The position numbers were made by a program, and so were the translations under genes. A DNA stretch of 64,000 bases from an uncultured Phycisphaerales bacterium (GTDB taxonomy: Bacteria; Planctomycetota; Phycisphaerae; Sedimentisphaerales; Anaerobacaceae), in contig CAVYYI010000004.1 of NCBI GenBank assembly GCA_963772725.1, positions 320,001-384,000 on the forward strand. Reading direction: 5' to 3'. Each line of letters starts with the position of its first letter. The stretch's first letter is position 1. Below the pieces are notes generated by a model that saw only the letters and a program-made list of their open reading frames with translations, did not search any database and was not told the DNA's origin. Positions 52,514 to 62,960 of the stretch are shown here, piece after piece.

Positions 52514-53460
52514 TTGGCTCAAATAAGCATAATAATTCCGCTTTATACTAAAGCTAAATTCATAGCCCTGCGCTGAATTCGGTATTCGCCCAGACTTTTG
52601 AGAATTATGAAGTTATTGTTGTGGATGATGGCTCGACCGATAACGGCCCGGAAATTGTCGCTGCTTACAAAGACTCGCGATTGAAGCTTATCAGGCAGGC
52701 TAATGCCGGCCCTGGCGCCGCTCGCAACAGGGGATTGGCTGAAAGTAAAAGTCCATTAGTCGCCTTTCTCGATGCGGACGATGAATGGATGCCTGAGTTT
52801 CTTGAAACCTCTTTGATGGTATTGGAGGCTAATCCAGATTGTGATATCACAGCGGCAACTTATTTTATGGGTGAAAAACGTCAGGATGCGACCGATATAT
52901 TCTGGCGGTACGGTATGACTCAGGGACCATGGCGGCTTTCAGAAAATATCTCCGACCACGAACTAAAGCACGCCATTTATATTTTGCACAGCAGTTCAAC
53001 GCTGGCCAAAAGACATATAATTGAAAAATACGGCGGCTTCTATACCGCAAACCATTGCACGCTCGGCGAAGACTATTATCTCTGGCTGCAGATTATGCTT
53101 AATCACAAAATCTATCGAATTATGAAACCTCTATGGTGGTTTCACACTGAAGCATCGGAACTCGGGTTACCACAAAAACAAAATATGGCCGCCCAGCCGT
53201 TCCTGACTGATATTCAACCTGTTAGAGATAATTGTCCCGCTGAACTTCTTCCTGTGCTTGACAGATGGCTTGCGTTGTTTGCTCTGAATGTCGCCCATGA
53301 ATGCAGTTATAATGGAAATCCTTCTGTCGCTCGGGATTTAATCAGGCGTTTCCCTGCGATGAGAAGTTTTTACAGAGAGTACACAAAGCTCAGAATAAAA
53401 ATGTTTATTCCGCAGCTTATACCAGTTGTCAGATATTTCAAGCATTTGAAACAAATATGA
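52514..53460 (+). CDS. GT2 glycosyltransferase (frameshift near 52570)
   Basis: TTG start AQISIIIPLY in one frame, then LNSVFAQTFENYEVIVVDDGSTD, GPGAARNRG, FLDADD. Confidence 0.88.
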
Positions 53461-54703
53461 AAGTTTGCCTTCTAACATTGGAATGGCCCCCTTATGGTGG
53501 CGGAATCGGTACATATATGTATAACCTTGCGCAAGGTCTTTCAGCTTTGGGACACGATGTGACGGTGATAACTCACGACATGACACCTGAACATACAGAT
53601 GGAGCCAGAATCATAGAAGTGCCTCTGCCTAATCCCCCGGGAATGTTGCGGAGGAAATTGTGTCGATGGCAGTGGGAACCTCATCATACCTGGTCCAGCC
53701 GCGCATGGCGATATTTTAACAGCATCGAAGACGCAAACTCATTCGACATTATCGAGACCGCTGAATATGGCTCTTGGGCAAGACATTTCATAGGCCAAGT
53801 AAATAAACCTATCGTTGTAAGATGTCATACCCCCGCGCTGGGTGTGCAGGAAATACCGTCAAACGGCGACGGCCAATGGAAAATGCCTTTGTGGCTTAAC
53901 CTTGAGAATAAACGTGAGAGATTCCAGACGGCCCACGCTAACGCGATTAGCACTCCAAGTTTTGTCTTATCCAATCATATCAGTCTGAGCTGGGCAATCC
54001 CGAGTAGCAGAATTACTGTGTTGCCGAACCCTGTTGATACACGGCTATTTCACCCGCTCAAAGCACCTGGCAACGAAAATTTAAGCAGGAAAAAGGAACT
54101 TCTTTATGTGGGCAGGCTTCAATATAACAAAGGTGTCTTTGATCTGATTGACTCTGTTAAACCGCTATTAAAAGAACATCCGGATTTGACTGTTCGCCTA
54201 ATAGGAAAAGACATCAAAGCGCAAGATGTATTACCCATTCCGGCAGGATGGCCTCGGAAGAAATACTTTCACGTATTCCTTCCCAGTATCATAAGCAAAT
54301 AATAATAACCGGATGGATTTCACTTTCCGAACTTATCTCTTGTCAGCAAAAAGCGATGTGTGCCGTGGTTCCAAGCCGCGGATTTGAAAGTTTTTCATAT
54401 ACTCTTGTAGAACACATGGCATGCGGAACGGCTGTGGTTGCGAGTCATTGCGGCGGCCCGACAGAAATTATAACACATGGCGTCGACGGACTCCTCGTAC
54501 CGCCGGGAGACAGGGACGCTCTTACATCGGCACTGAGACAATTGATAGAAAATCCTCGCCTCTGTGAGCAACTGGGCCAGCAGGCAAGAAAAAAAGTCGA
54601 AGAACAATTTTCAATTTCGGTCGTTACCCCGCGTATCGTAAAGTGGTATAAGCAAATTATTGAGAACTACAAAAATGATAAGCTGCGTAATCAGAACATT
54701 TAA
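53457..54703 (+). CDS. GT4 glycosyltransferase (frameshift near 54235)
   Basis: GGIGTY, PNPVD, YVGRLQYNKG, then PS..ESFSYTLVEHMACG..EIITHGVDG. Confidence 0.88.
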
Positions 54704-55517
54704 TGAGGGCGATTCAATCGGCAGACTTATTGAAACGTTCCGCGCCGAAAAAAATATCGGCGATGATTTGGAAATAATCATTGTGGACAGCGGTTCAACT
54801 GATGCGACCGTGAATATTGTTAAAGCCCATAACGTCAAATTAATCAGCATTAAAAAAGAAGAATTCAGCTATTCCTATTCGTTGAATCTTGGGATTGAGC
54901 GAAGCCGCGGCGATATTATCGTTATCCTTTCCGGGCACGCGATTCCCTGTGACGACACATGGCTTGAAAAAATGCTCTCTCATTTCGAAGACAATAAAGT
55001 CGCAGGAGTTTATTGCAGGCAGATTCCATGGCCTCACGCGGACCTGCATGAAGTTGTCAGATTGAAAAAAACTTTTGGCCCGATTTCAGAAATATTTGAT
55101 TCTGCCGGCAGCACGGCAAATATGCACTTCAGTAACGCCGCGTCCTGTATTCGACGCAGCGTTTGGAAGAGATATCCATTTGTGGAAATGCCCGCTGCTG
55201 AAGACAGCCATTGGGCAAACTTTGTCGTAATCAATAGATATAAAATCGTATATGATGCCGTCGCCTCGGTTTATCATTCGCATACTGAACCATGCAGAAA
55301 AGCGGCAAGACGAGTAATCGAACTGGAAAAATCCGCTGATATTATTAACCATCGCCAAAGAACAATTTTGCTTACAGCTAAACAATCTGTCGGCTGGTTT
55401 GTGCGGGATATTAAGGAAATTGCCAAAGCCAACGCCGGTATTTACCAAAAATTTAAACATCTTATGCGTTCCGTGAAGAAATGCTTCTGGTATGCGCTGG
55501 ACTTTGACAGGATATAA
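54675..55517 (+). CDS. GT2 glycosyltransferase (rhamnosyltransferase-like)
   Basis: ISCVIRTFNE, VDSGSTD, FSYSYSLN.G, FSNAASCIRR, AED..W, VYHSH. Confidence 0.9.
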   Translation: MISCVIRTFNEGDSIGRLIETFRAEKNIGDDLEIIIVDSGSTDATVNIVKAHNVKLISIKKEEFSYSYSLNLGIERSRGDIIVILSGHAIPCDDTWLEKMLSHFEDNKVAGVYCRQIPWPHADLHEVVRLKKTFGPISEIFDSAGSTANMHFSNAASCIRRSVWKRYPFVEMPAAEDSHWANFVVINRYKIVYDAVASVYHSHTEPCRKAARRVIELEKSADIINHRQRTILLTAKQSVGWFVRDIKEIAKANAGIYQKFKHLMRSVKKCFWYALDFDRI

Positions 55518-55541
55518 CTAATCATTATAAAGGATTAAATT

Positions 55542-56843
55542 ATGAGTAAACCAACTATTGTTATCACGCTACTGCTGGCAGTCCTGGCTCTAATAGTACC
55601 ATTCGTACCCAGGAAGTATTTTATCGCAATTTATGTTTTTGCGGCATGCTTTATACCGGCTGACCAGAGAATTATTCTGATGGGGCTGGATTTTACTGTC
55701 CTGAGAATACTTGTAGCCGTTGGAATCTTTCGCATTCTCGTTCGCGGCGAACAAAAACAGATTATGTGGAACAATTTCGATAAGCTGGTTTTTGCCTGGA
55801 TTTTCTGCGGTGCCATCATATACAGCCTCCAGTGGATGGATGCTAAAGCAGTTATTAACAGAAGCGGCGTATTATTCGATGTCATAGGTCTGTATTGGCT
55901 ATTCAGGCAAACCATAAGGTCGTGGTCTGACATAAAAGAGATGGCGATGATTTATGCCATTTGCGCATTGGTAATGGTACCCCTTGTTGCCTTGGAATGG
56001 AATACAGGCCGTAACCCCTTTGCCTTTCTAGGCAGAGTTGCCACAGACGTTCGGCTTGAACGATACCGCTGTAACGCCGCCTTCCCGCATTCAATTATGC
56101 TCGGATTATTCTGGGCTACGCTGGTTCCTCTGTTTGTTGGTTTTGCGAAAGCAGGACTCAATAAATCGCTGTTCTGGGCAGGTGTTTGTGCCGTCGCTTT
56201 TATTGTCGCGGCCACGGCTTCAAGTACTCCTGCCCTCGTATTAATAATCGTTGTTGCACTTACCGCTATGTATGGCTTGAGGAAATATGTCGCCAACTTC
56301 GCATGGATTTTTTTGGTTTTATTGATTGTTCTGCATCTGTTTATGCAGGCACCAGTCTGGCATTTGCTGGCGAGAATAAATGTTGTTGCAGGTTCGACAG
56401 GCTGGTATCGCTTCTATCTTATTGACCAGGCCGTCAAGCATTTCAGTGATTGGGCAATTTTAGGCATAAAAAATACCGGAAGCTGGGGCTGGGGACTCGA
56501 AGACCTTACAAACCAGTACATACTTGAAGCTACGCGAGGAGGATTGGTAACCCTTGCATTATTTCTGATAATGCTCTTTATTGCTGCTAACAGAGTTTGG
56601 AAAATGTGCATTCATGAAAAGCAGCCTCAAAAACGGTTTTTGCTTTGGTCGGTTTTTGTGATGCTGCTCGGCCATTACGCTGCTTTCGGAGGCGTCTCTT
56701 ATTTCGGTCAAATCACAATGTTATTATATATGGTTTTAGCGATGGTCGGTTTATTAATTGAGATGGAAACCGTTAGAAACCAGGTTCTTGTCCGCATGAA
56801 ACGGGCATGGTTGAGAACGCGATTATCTGGTGCCAGGTCATGA
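55542..56843 (+). CDS. Wzy/WaaL-like polysaccharide polymerase or ligase membrane protein
   Basis: About 11 TM segments; R..AAFPHSIMLG; TGWYR; DLTNQYI..GG; context in a polysaccharide operon. Confidence 0.7.
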   Translation: MSKPTIVITLLLAVLALIVPFVPRKYFIAIYVFAACFIPADQRIILMGLDFTVLRILVAVGIFRILVRGEQKQIMWNNFDKLVFAWIFCGAIIYSLQWMDAKAVINRSGVLFDVIGLYWLFRQTIRSWSDIKEMAMIYAICALVMVPLVALEWNTGRNPFAFLGRVATDVRLERYRCNAAFPHSIMLGLFWATLVPLFVGFAKAGLNKSLFWAGVCAVAFIVAATASSTPALVLIIVVALTAMYGLRKYVANFAWIFLVLLIVLHLFMQAPVWHLLARINVVAGSTGWYRFYLIDQAVKHFSDWAILGIKNTGSWGWGLEDLTNQYILEATRGGLVTLALFLIMLFIAANRVWKMCIHEKQPQKRFLLWSVFVMLLGHYAAFGGVSYFGQITMLLYMVLAMVGLLIEMETVRNQVLVRMKRAWLRTRLSGARS

Positions 56844-56932
56844 ATAATTTATATTCAGCAATTTTAAACTTTTAACTTTTAGTTCTAAACTCGTAAACTG
56901 GCCAACGGCCAGTGTGAGTAAGGGGGTGCCTC

Positions 56933-58026
56933 ATGATTTACTACAATAATCAACTGCTTGTTTCGCCGTCAGTTGCCGAAACGGAAATACCAGATTCCAA
57001 GTCCCAAATTGATACTAATATAACCGCGGTGATACTGGCTGGAAGCCGAGATTTCGGACGCTCGAGCTGGCCTCAAAGTTTCCGCCAGCGCTGTGGCCCA
57101 TTATTGACAGACCGGTAATATGCCGGTTGCTGCAGAACCTCGCTCGTCAGGGAATTCACAAGGCGATTATTTGCTGTAACGGAAATAGACCTTACTTAAA
57201 ACATATTCTCTCAATGGTCAATTCTATGGAATTATCATTTTCCGATGAGCAGTTTCCATCAGGAACCGCGGGTTGTATAAGGGATTCGGCCAAATCCAGT
57301 TCTGACGATATGTTCCTGGTTTTATCTGCTCAGACCATTGTTCTGCCCGATATACAGGCTGTTATAAATGACCACAAAAAAAGACATTCCGATTTGACCG
57401 TGCTTTTTTGTCAGGACACTTTAGGCACTGCATCAAGAGCGCAGTTTTATCTGTGTGACAGAGCGATTATTAAACACATACCGTCCAAAGGATATTTTGA
57501 TATTAAAGAAAGTCTGATACCGGAGCTTTTTCGCGAAGGTAAAAAAGTAACCGCGACAAAATTACTTCTTCCAACGCTGTCATTTCGAAATCGCGCAGAG
57601 TATTTAAATGCCATTTGGCAGTACCTTGCTAACGGCGGTACGGAAGATTTTGCTCTCGAACATTGGAATGGCAGAGGTACCAGCGATGTTGTGATTGCCG
57701 CCGATGCCGCAGTTGACTCTACGGCGAGGATTTTCGGCCCTGTAATTGTTATGAATGAAAGCGTCATATCGGAAAAGGCAGTAATTTTTGGGCCCGCGGT
57801 AATAGGAAGAAAAGTTTATATCGGCAGTAATTCACTTGTCGAAAAAAGTGTGCTGTGGGACGGCTCGAGTATAGGTAATGATTGTCTTATTACCAATTGT
57901 GTGGCTGACTGCTATGTTTCAATATCCTCGGACAGCGTCGAAACAAACAAAGCATTAGTTCTTGATTCCCACGATTTTACCGCAAATATCAGGACGGTTT
58001 TTCAGTCTGCTCTGTCGCCGGCTTAA
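56933..58026 (+). CDS. NDP-sugar pyrophosphorylase-like protein with an LbH domain; catalytic motifs degenerate (frameshift near 57062)
   Basis: AVILAGSRDFGR, then (shifted frame) LASKFPPALWPIIDRPVI, PSGTAG, LVLSAQ; C-terminal hexapeptide repeats. Confidence 0.8.
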
Positions 58027-58084
58027 AGAACCGTTAATAGTAAGAACAGATTAAAAATCATTTATTTAATGGAGGTACACGAAA

Positions 58085-60336
58085 ATGGAAAGTATGGAAA
58101 AATACATAAACAAACAGTCATTGGTGGAATTTGACAGTCTTTTTGACACTTCCACAGAAGAAAGGAATCCGGGCCCAAATTTATTCACCATACTGCTGAA
58201 ACGATGGAAAATGGTGTTGCTGATTTTTTGTATTGTCTCTGCCGCAGGAATCCCGATAATCTGGTTCACCGTAAAACCTTTCTATATGGCCACTGCCGCA
58301 ATCAGGGTATCGCCCGTCATATCGAGTATTCTCTCCGGCGGCCAGCAGGGACTGCCTATGTACCGCAGCTTTACTTCTACTCAGGCAGAACTCATTACCA
58401 GCGACAAAATGCTTCAAAAAGTCGCAGAAGACCTCGCTGATAAAGGAGTTATTTTCCATCGTGATGCGAAGAGTTTATTCGAAGTGATTAAAAGCGAAGG
58501 TCAACTTCCTCAAACTGTTGATACTGTTTCGTCGCTGCGATCTGCCGTCCTTGGCAAAAAGCTTATCGTTTCCTCAGATGGAGATACCGAATTGATAAAA
58601 ATTGCGATGAAAGGCGATGATCCCGAAAAAACTGCCGAAATTGCCAATGCTTTCGTTCGGGTTTATATGACAGTTGCCGCCTCAGACGAGATAAAAAGCA
58701 GCGAACTGCAAATGGCCACGCTGGAAAAAGAGCGTAAATCCCTCGAAGATGAAATCAAAACCCATAATGCATCGCTCTATGATTTGGCGCAGCAATATGG
58801 CACTTCCACATTGACCGGACGCCAGGAAATAATTATGAACCGTGTCGCGAAATTGCAGGAAAAACTCACCGAATTTGAAATGGATAAAATTGCGCTCCAG
58901 GTTAAGATTAATTTGCTTCAAAATAAAAAAGTAAAGGCAGATGTTCCTAAAAACCCCGAGAAATTGCATTCCGATTTTGTAAACGCCGACCCCGTAGTTC
59001 AGGCGCTGTCGGAAAATGTCGCTAAACTGGAGCAGGAACTTGTTGTCGCCAGAGAACAAATGGTTTCCACCAACCCTAAACTTATAAGAAAAGAAGCGGT
59101 ATTAGATGCTCTTAAACAGCGGCTTGAAGAGCGTCGCAAAGAGGCCGCTGTCTCACAGGTGCAGGAATCAAATATAGACGAAAAGGAGTCACAACATGCT
59201 GATAGTGAAAAACTTCATCAGTTGACAGTAACTGAAAAACAGATTCGGGACCTTCTGGCTAAAGAGGACGCCAACAATATCGAGCTTGGACGAAAGCAAT
59301 TGGCTATTCAGGATGCGCAAAGCCGTCTCAATCTTTCAAGGGAACTTCACGATACCGTCCAGCGACGCATCAAAGAGCTGGAGATTGAAAATAAGCAGCC
59401 TGCAAGAATCTCCGTCGCGTATTATGCGAATACCGTTCCCTATCAGGATAATCGCAAAAAATATTCCATGGTTCTGGGAATGTTTGCGATGATGTGCGGA
59501 ATGGGTTTGTCCCTGCTTAGAGACAAGTTTGACCTCAGTGTAAAAACGCCTCAGGACATGATAAAACACGTCGATGTCAGAATCCTCGGCACTACAACCA
59601 GCGGAAAAACAATTAATAAATCATTAAGGCCGAGGAGCTCGATGAGGACTATCAGGCAATTTGTGCTAACCTCGGATTGAATAACGGCCAGGGAATGCCC
59701 CATTCAGTTGTAATAACCAGCCCATGCCCGAGAGAAGGAAAAACTACTTTGGCTATCAATTTAGCTTCTAATCTGGCAAAACTGGGCAAAAGGGTACTGT
59801 TAATTGACGGCGATTTAAGAAAGCCGGAAGTCGCGGGTATAATGAACCTTAATCACAGGGGACTGGGATTACAGAGCTTTATGTCAGGGGCAAGATTTGA
59901 AGATGCGGTTTCTGCTACCGATATACCGGGACTGCTCGTATTAAAGGCTGAACCCTGCGAAGCAGCGGGTATTTATCGTTTGATAGACCAGAGCAGAACC
60001 GCTAAATTCATCGAAAAAGCAAGGACCGTCTTTGACCATATCATAATTGATTCTCCGCCGATACTCGTGGCTGTGGATCCTCTTATTTGGGCGAAAATGG
60101 CGGACGGCATTGTTTTGACCAGCCTGGCAGGGCGAACGAAAGCCGCAGATTTAAAAGAAGCTATGACGCGCTTAAAACAGGTTAACATTAAGGTCTTTGG
60201 CGCCGTTCTGGCGAATGTTCCGTCGCATTCTACATATCATCCGTACGGCTATGGAGTTTATGTAAAATCAATAGTCGCACAAACCGATAAATCGTCGAAA
60301 AACTCTGTGAGCGCATTTCCGGCCACGACAAAATAA
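58085..60336 (+). CDS. wzc: Polysaccharide co-polymerase / BY-kinase (frameshift near 59630)
   Basis: N-terminal TM, long coiled coil, second TM, then EDYQAICANL, ITSP.PREGKTT, LIDGDLRKP, IIIDSPP, Tyr cluster YHPYGYGVY. Confidence 0.88.
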
Positions 60337-60367
60337 ATTTCATATTTTGTGAAGATGAATAAACACA

Positions 60368-62116
60368 ATGATAAACAGACATATAATAGCTGTCCACAAT
60401 CGCTTTATTGCCGCGCAAGACCGTCCGCTGCTGCTGCGCATAGCAGAGGTAAGCAAAACAACTGCTAATATACTTTTTGAGGGACTGAAAAAATTTTATG
60501 CGTTCACTCCTGATAAGGAAATAACGTTTATAATGCCTGAATCGCTGCAGTCACGATTGTTTATGCCGCATCCTCAAATATATTATGACGATAACTGTTT
60601 TGTGATGGAAAATAAAATAGCCGACAGAAAAGATTCATGGCTTATTATCTCCAATGGCAGTTGTATTACGCTTGTCAATCCATCCGTAATTGGAAACGTG
60701 ATTAATAAAAGCGTCGCGGATTTGATTACAATTAATGTTGACCCGACTTTAAAATCAAACCGGGAAATAGCAAGAGTTACCTCGCGGGGTGAAGTAATTG
60801 GTATCAGGCAGGTATTTTCTGACTCGCTTATGCCTGACTATTTTCCCTCCTCCTGGCCTAATCACACACTCGTAAGAATTAGCGCCTTGAATAAAATCCC
60901 AAATATTGAAAAATTGCCTTTACACTTCAGTTCTTTTTTAAAACTATGCGTTTCTAATTCCCTTACCATGCAGGCATTAAAAATAGGCGGTTCTGTACTT
61001 GATTTGGAGACAGAAGCCGGCTTGCTGGATTTTATCGCCATTTGCCTCAGTTCTAACGGCTTCTATGTGCATAAAGGCGGTACTGTCTGTCTCAATCAGA
61101 AATGTTTTCCTGATACATCCAGGATTTCTTCTTCTGCGCGTTTTTATGGACATGTTGTTCTCGGCGAAAATGTTCAGGTCGATGATAGCGCGATTATTGT
61201 AGGCCCTTCGGTCATCGGAAATGACGCACGAATATATCCATCAGCGACAGTGTACGCCTCGATTATTTGCCCGGGTGTTTCCATACCACCTGATTCAGTG
61301 ATTAAAAGACGAATTATTGACCTGCCGCAATCGCAAATGTTACAGCATAGTCCCCCCAGTCTTAACGGTGCTGATGCCTCAAAGGATAATACACACTGCA
61401 TTATTAGTTTGACAGACAAGTCAACCGCCGAAAGTTTCAGAACTTGGCCGTTGCTCTCTTACGCCAGGTTTGGCAAGCGGTCTATTGATTTTGTCCTTTC
61501 CCTGCTTGCCCTGTTGTTGCTTATTCCTGTTTTTGCCGTTATAGCTGTAGTCATCAAAATTGCCTATCCAGGCCCGGTATTCTTCAAACACAAGCGACAG
61601 GGCTTCCACGGCAGAGAATTTCATTGCCTCAAATTCAGGACTATGATTACCGGTGCCGATGAACTTCAGGAAAAACTCAGATTTAAAAATGAAGTGGACG
61701 GCCCGCAGTTCAAACTCGAAAAAGACCCAAGAGTAACACGAATCGGAAACTTTCTCAGGGATACTTATCTCGATGAATTGCCCCAGTTGTTTAACGTAAT
61801 TTCCGGGCAAATGAGCCTCATTGGCCCCAGGCCATCACCGCGAGAGGAAAATTGTCTTTGTGCCTGCTGGCGCGATGCCAGGCTCTCTGTCAGACCCGGG
61901 ATTTCAGGCCTCTGGCAGATTTCCAGAACACGCAAAAGCGGCCAGGATTTCCAGGAATGGATTCACTTCGATATTGAGTATGTTAAAAATATGTCGTGGC
62001 GGCAGGATATGCTCATCTTTGCCAAAACTCTAAAGGAACTCATTACTAACTTTTTTAGACGCTGCGCCAGACTTTTAACTCGAATTGCAAAGCTTCCGTC
62101 AATTTTGCATTTTTAA
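60368..62116 (+). CDS. Priming phosphoglycosyltransferase (Bac_transf) fused to an N-terminal nucleotidyltransferase-like + LbH module
   Basis: Hexapeptide repeats (ISSSARFYGHVVLGENVQVDDSAIIVGPSVIGND); KRSIDF, GPVFF..RQG..F..LKFRTM, DPRVTRIG.FLR..LDELPQL.NV..G.MSLIGPRP, PGISGLWQ. Confidence 0.9.
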   Translation: MINRHIIAVHNRFIAAQDRPLLLRIAEVSKTTANILFEGLKKFYAFTPDKEITFIMPESLQSRLFMPHPQIYYDDNCFVMENKIADRKDSWLIISNGSCITLVNPSVIGNVINKSVADLITINVDPTLKSNREIARVTSRGEVIGIRQVFSDSLMPDYFPSSWPNHTLVRISALNKIPNIEKLPLHFSSFLKLCVSNSLTMQALKIGGSVLDLETEAGLLDFIAICLSSNGFYVHKGGTVCLNQKCFPDTSRISSSARFYGHVVLGENVQVDDSAIIVGPSVIGNDARIYPSATVYASIICPGVSIPPDSVIKRRIIDLPQSQMLQHSPPSLNGADASKDNTHCIISLTDKSTAESFRTWPLLSYARFGKRSIDFVLSLLALLLLIPVFAVIAVVIKIAYPGPVFFKHKRQGFHGREFHCLKFRTMITGADELQEKLRFKNEVDGPQFKLEKDPRVTRIGNFLRDTYLDELPQLFNVISGQMSLIGPRPSPREENCLCACWRDARLSVRPGISGLWQISRTRKSGQDFQEWIHFDIEYVKNMSWRQDMLIFAKTLKELITNFFRRCARLLTRIAKLPSILHF

Positions 62117-62156
62117 CTCTGATTTTTACACTCTCAAACTGCGGAAAGGCATCTAT

Positions 62157-62552
62157 ATGTTACAAGTTGATAATGACAAGAACAAAAATCCCGAAACACC
62201 ATCCCATGGATTGCGAATGGCGGGCATATTCGATGAAAGCCATTGGCATTTTGTAAAAACTCGATACAAAATGGGACTTAGAGAGGTGCAGGTGGCTATC
62301 CTCGTCTGCAGAAATTTCGATAACAGGGAAATAGCTCAGGCGCTGAGAGTTGAACAAAGCACTGTCAAAACCCATTTGCGAAACATTTACCGCAAAACCG
62401 GCGTCAACAGCAGGCTTGCACTTCTCCTGAGATTCATAGAGGATATTAAAGATTCCGGCCTGGCCGCCAAATCACCATCCTCTCCTATTAACATAATAGA
62501 ATTAAAACCAAAATCTTCACCTGCACAGGAAGAAGTTAAGAAAAAACTATAA
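62157..62552 (+). CDS. Stand-alone LuxR-type helix-turn-helix regulator
   Basis: REVQVA..NREIAQAL.V..STVKTHLRNIYRKTGVNSR; no receiver domain. Confidence 0.85.
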   Translation: MLQVDNDKNKNPETPSHGLRMAGIFDESHWHFVKTRYKMGLREVQVAILVCRNFDNREIAQALRVEQSTVKTHLRNIYRKTGVNSRLALLLRFIEDIKDSGLAAKSPSSPINIIELKPKSSPAQEEVKKKL

Positions 62553-62871
62553 TATTTTCTCAAGTTGACTGACTTTTTGCTTTGTAATCGGCAAAAATAT
62601 TTATATTATTTTCGTAACTATAGTATTGACAAGAAGTTATGTTTTCTGGCCAACGACAAAACTTTTGTTTTTGAACATTTTGTATGCTGTCGTAACCTCT
62701 TATAAATAAATATCTTATATAAAACCCAGTCAACTTGAGTATTTTCTATTATGAATGTGTAAACATAAGCCTGCCGATCATCCAGCGGCAAACTTTGCGT
62801 TGTTCCTACCGCATGCGCCTTCAAGTCGTAAAACGCACCCCGCGTTAATCTGGTTTATTCCGCCTTAATAT

Positions 62872-62900
62872 TTGACACTGCTGCTTATTTTAGCTAAAGT
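62872..62900 (+). promoter_or_regulatory. Sigma70-type promoter of the mscS-family gene
   Basis: TTGACA-N17-TAAAGT. Confidence 0.6.
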
Positions 62901-62960
62901 ACAATGTAAAAGGTATGAGAATGCGATGTTCTTATAGAGACAATTAAGGAGATAAGAAAA

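Noticed and set aside
56896..56913. ACTGGCC-AAC-GGCCAGT hairpin before the NTase-like gene
   Set aside because: Single short stem with no U-tract and no second copy; insufficient to call a terminator or regulatory RNA
59570..59720. Naturally split wzc (separate membrane and kinase genes) or programmed frameshift
   Set aside because: The conserved linker E.Y..I..NL spans the break, there is no slippery sequence, and similar indels occur throughout the window
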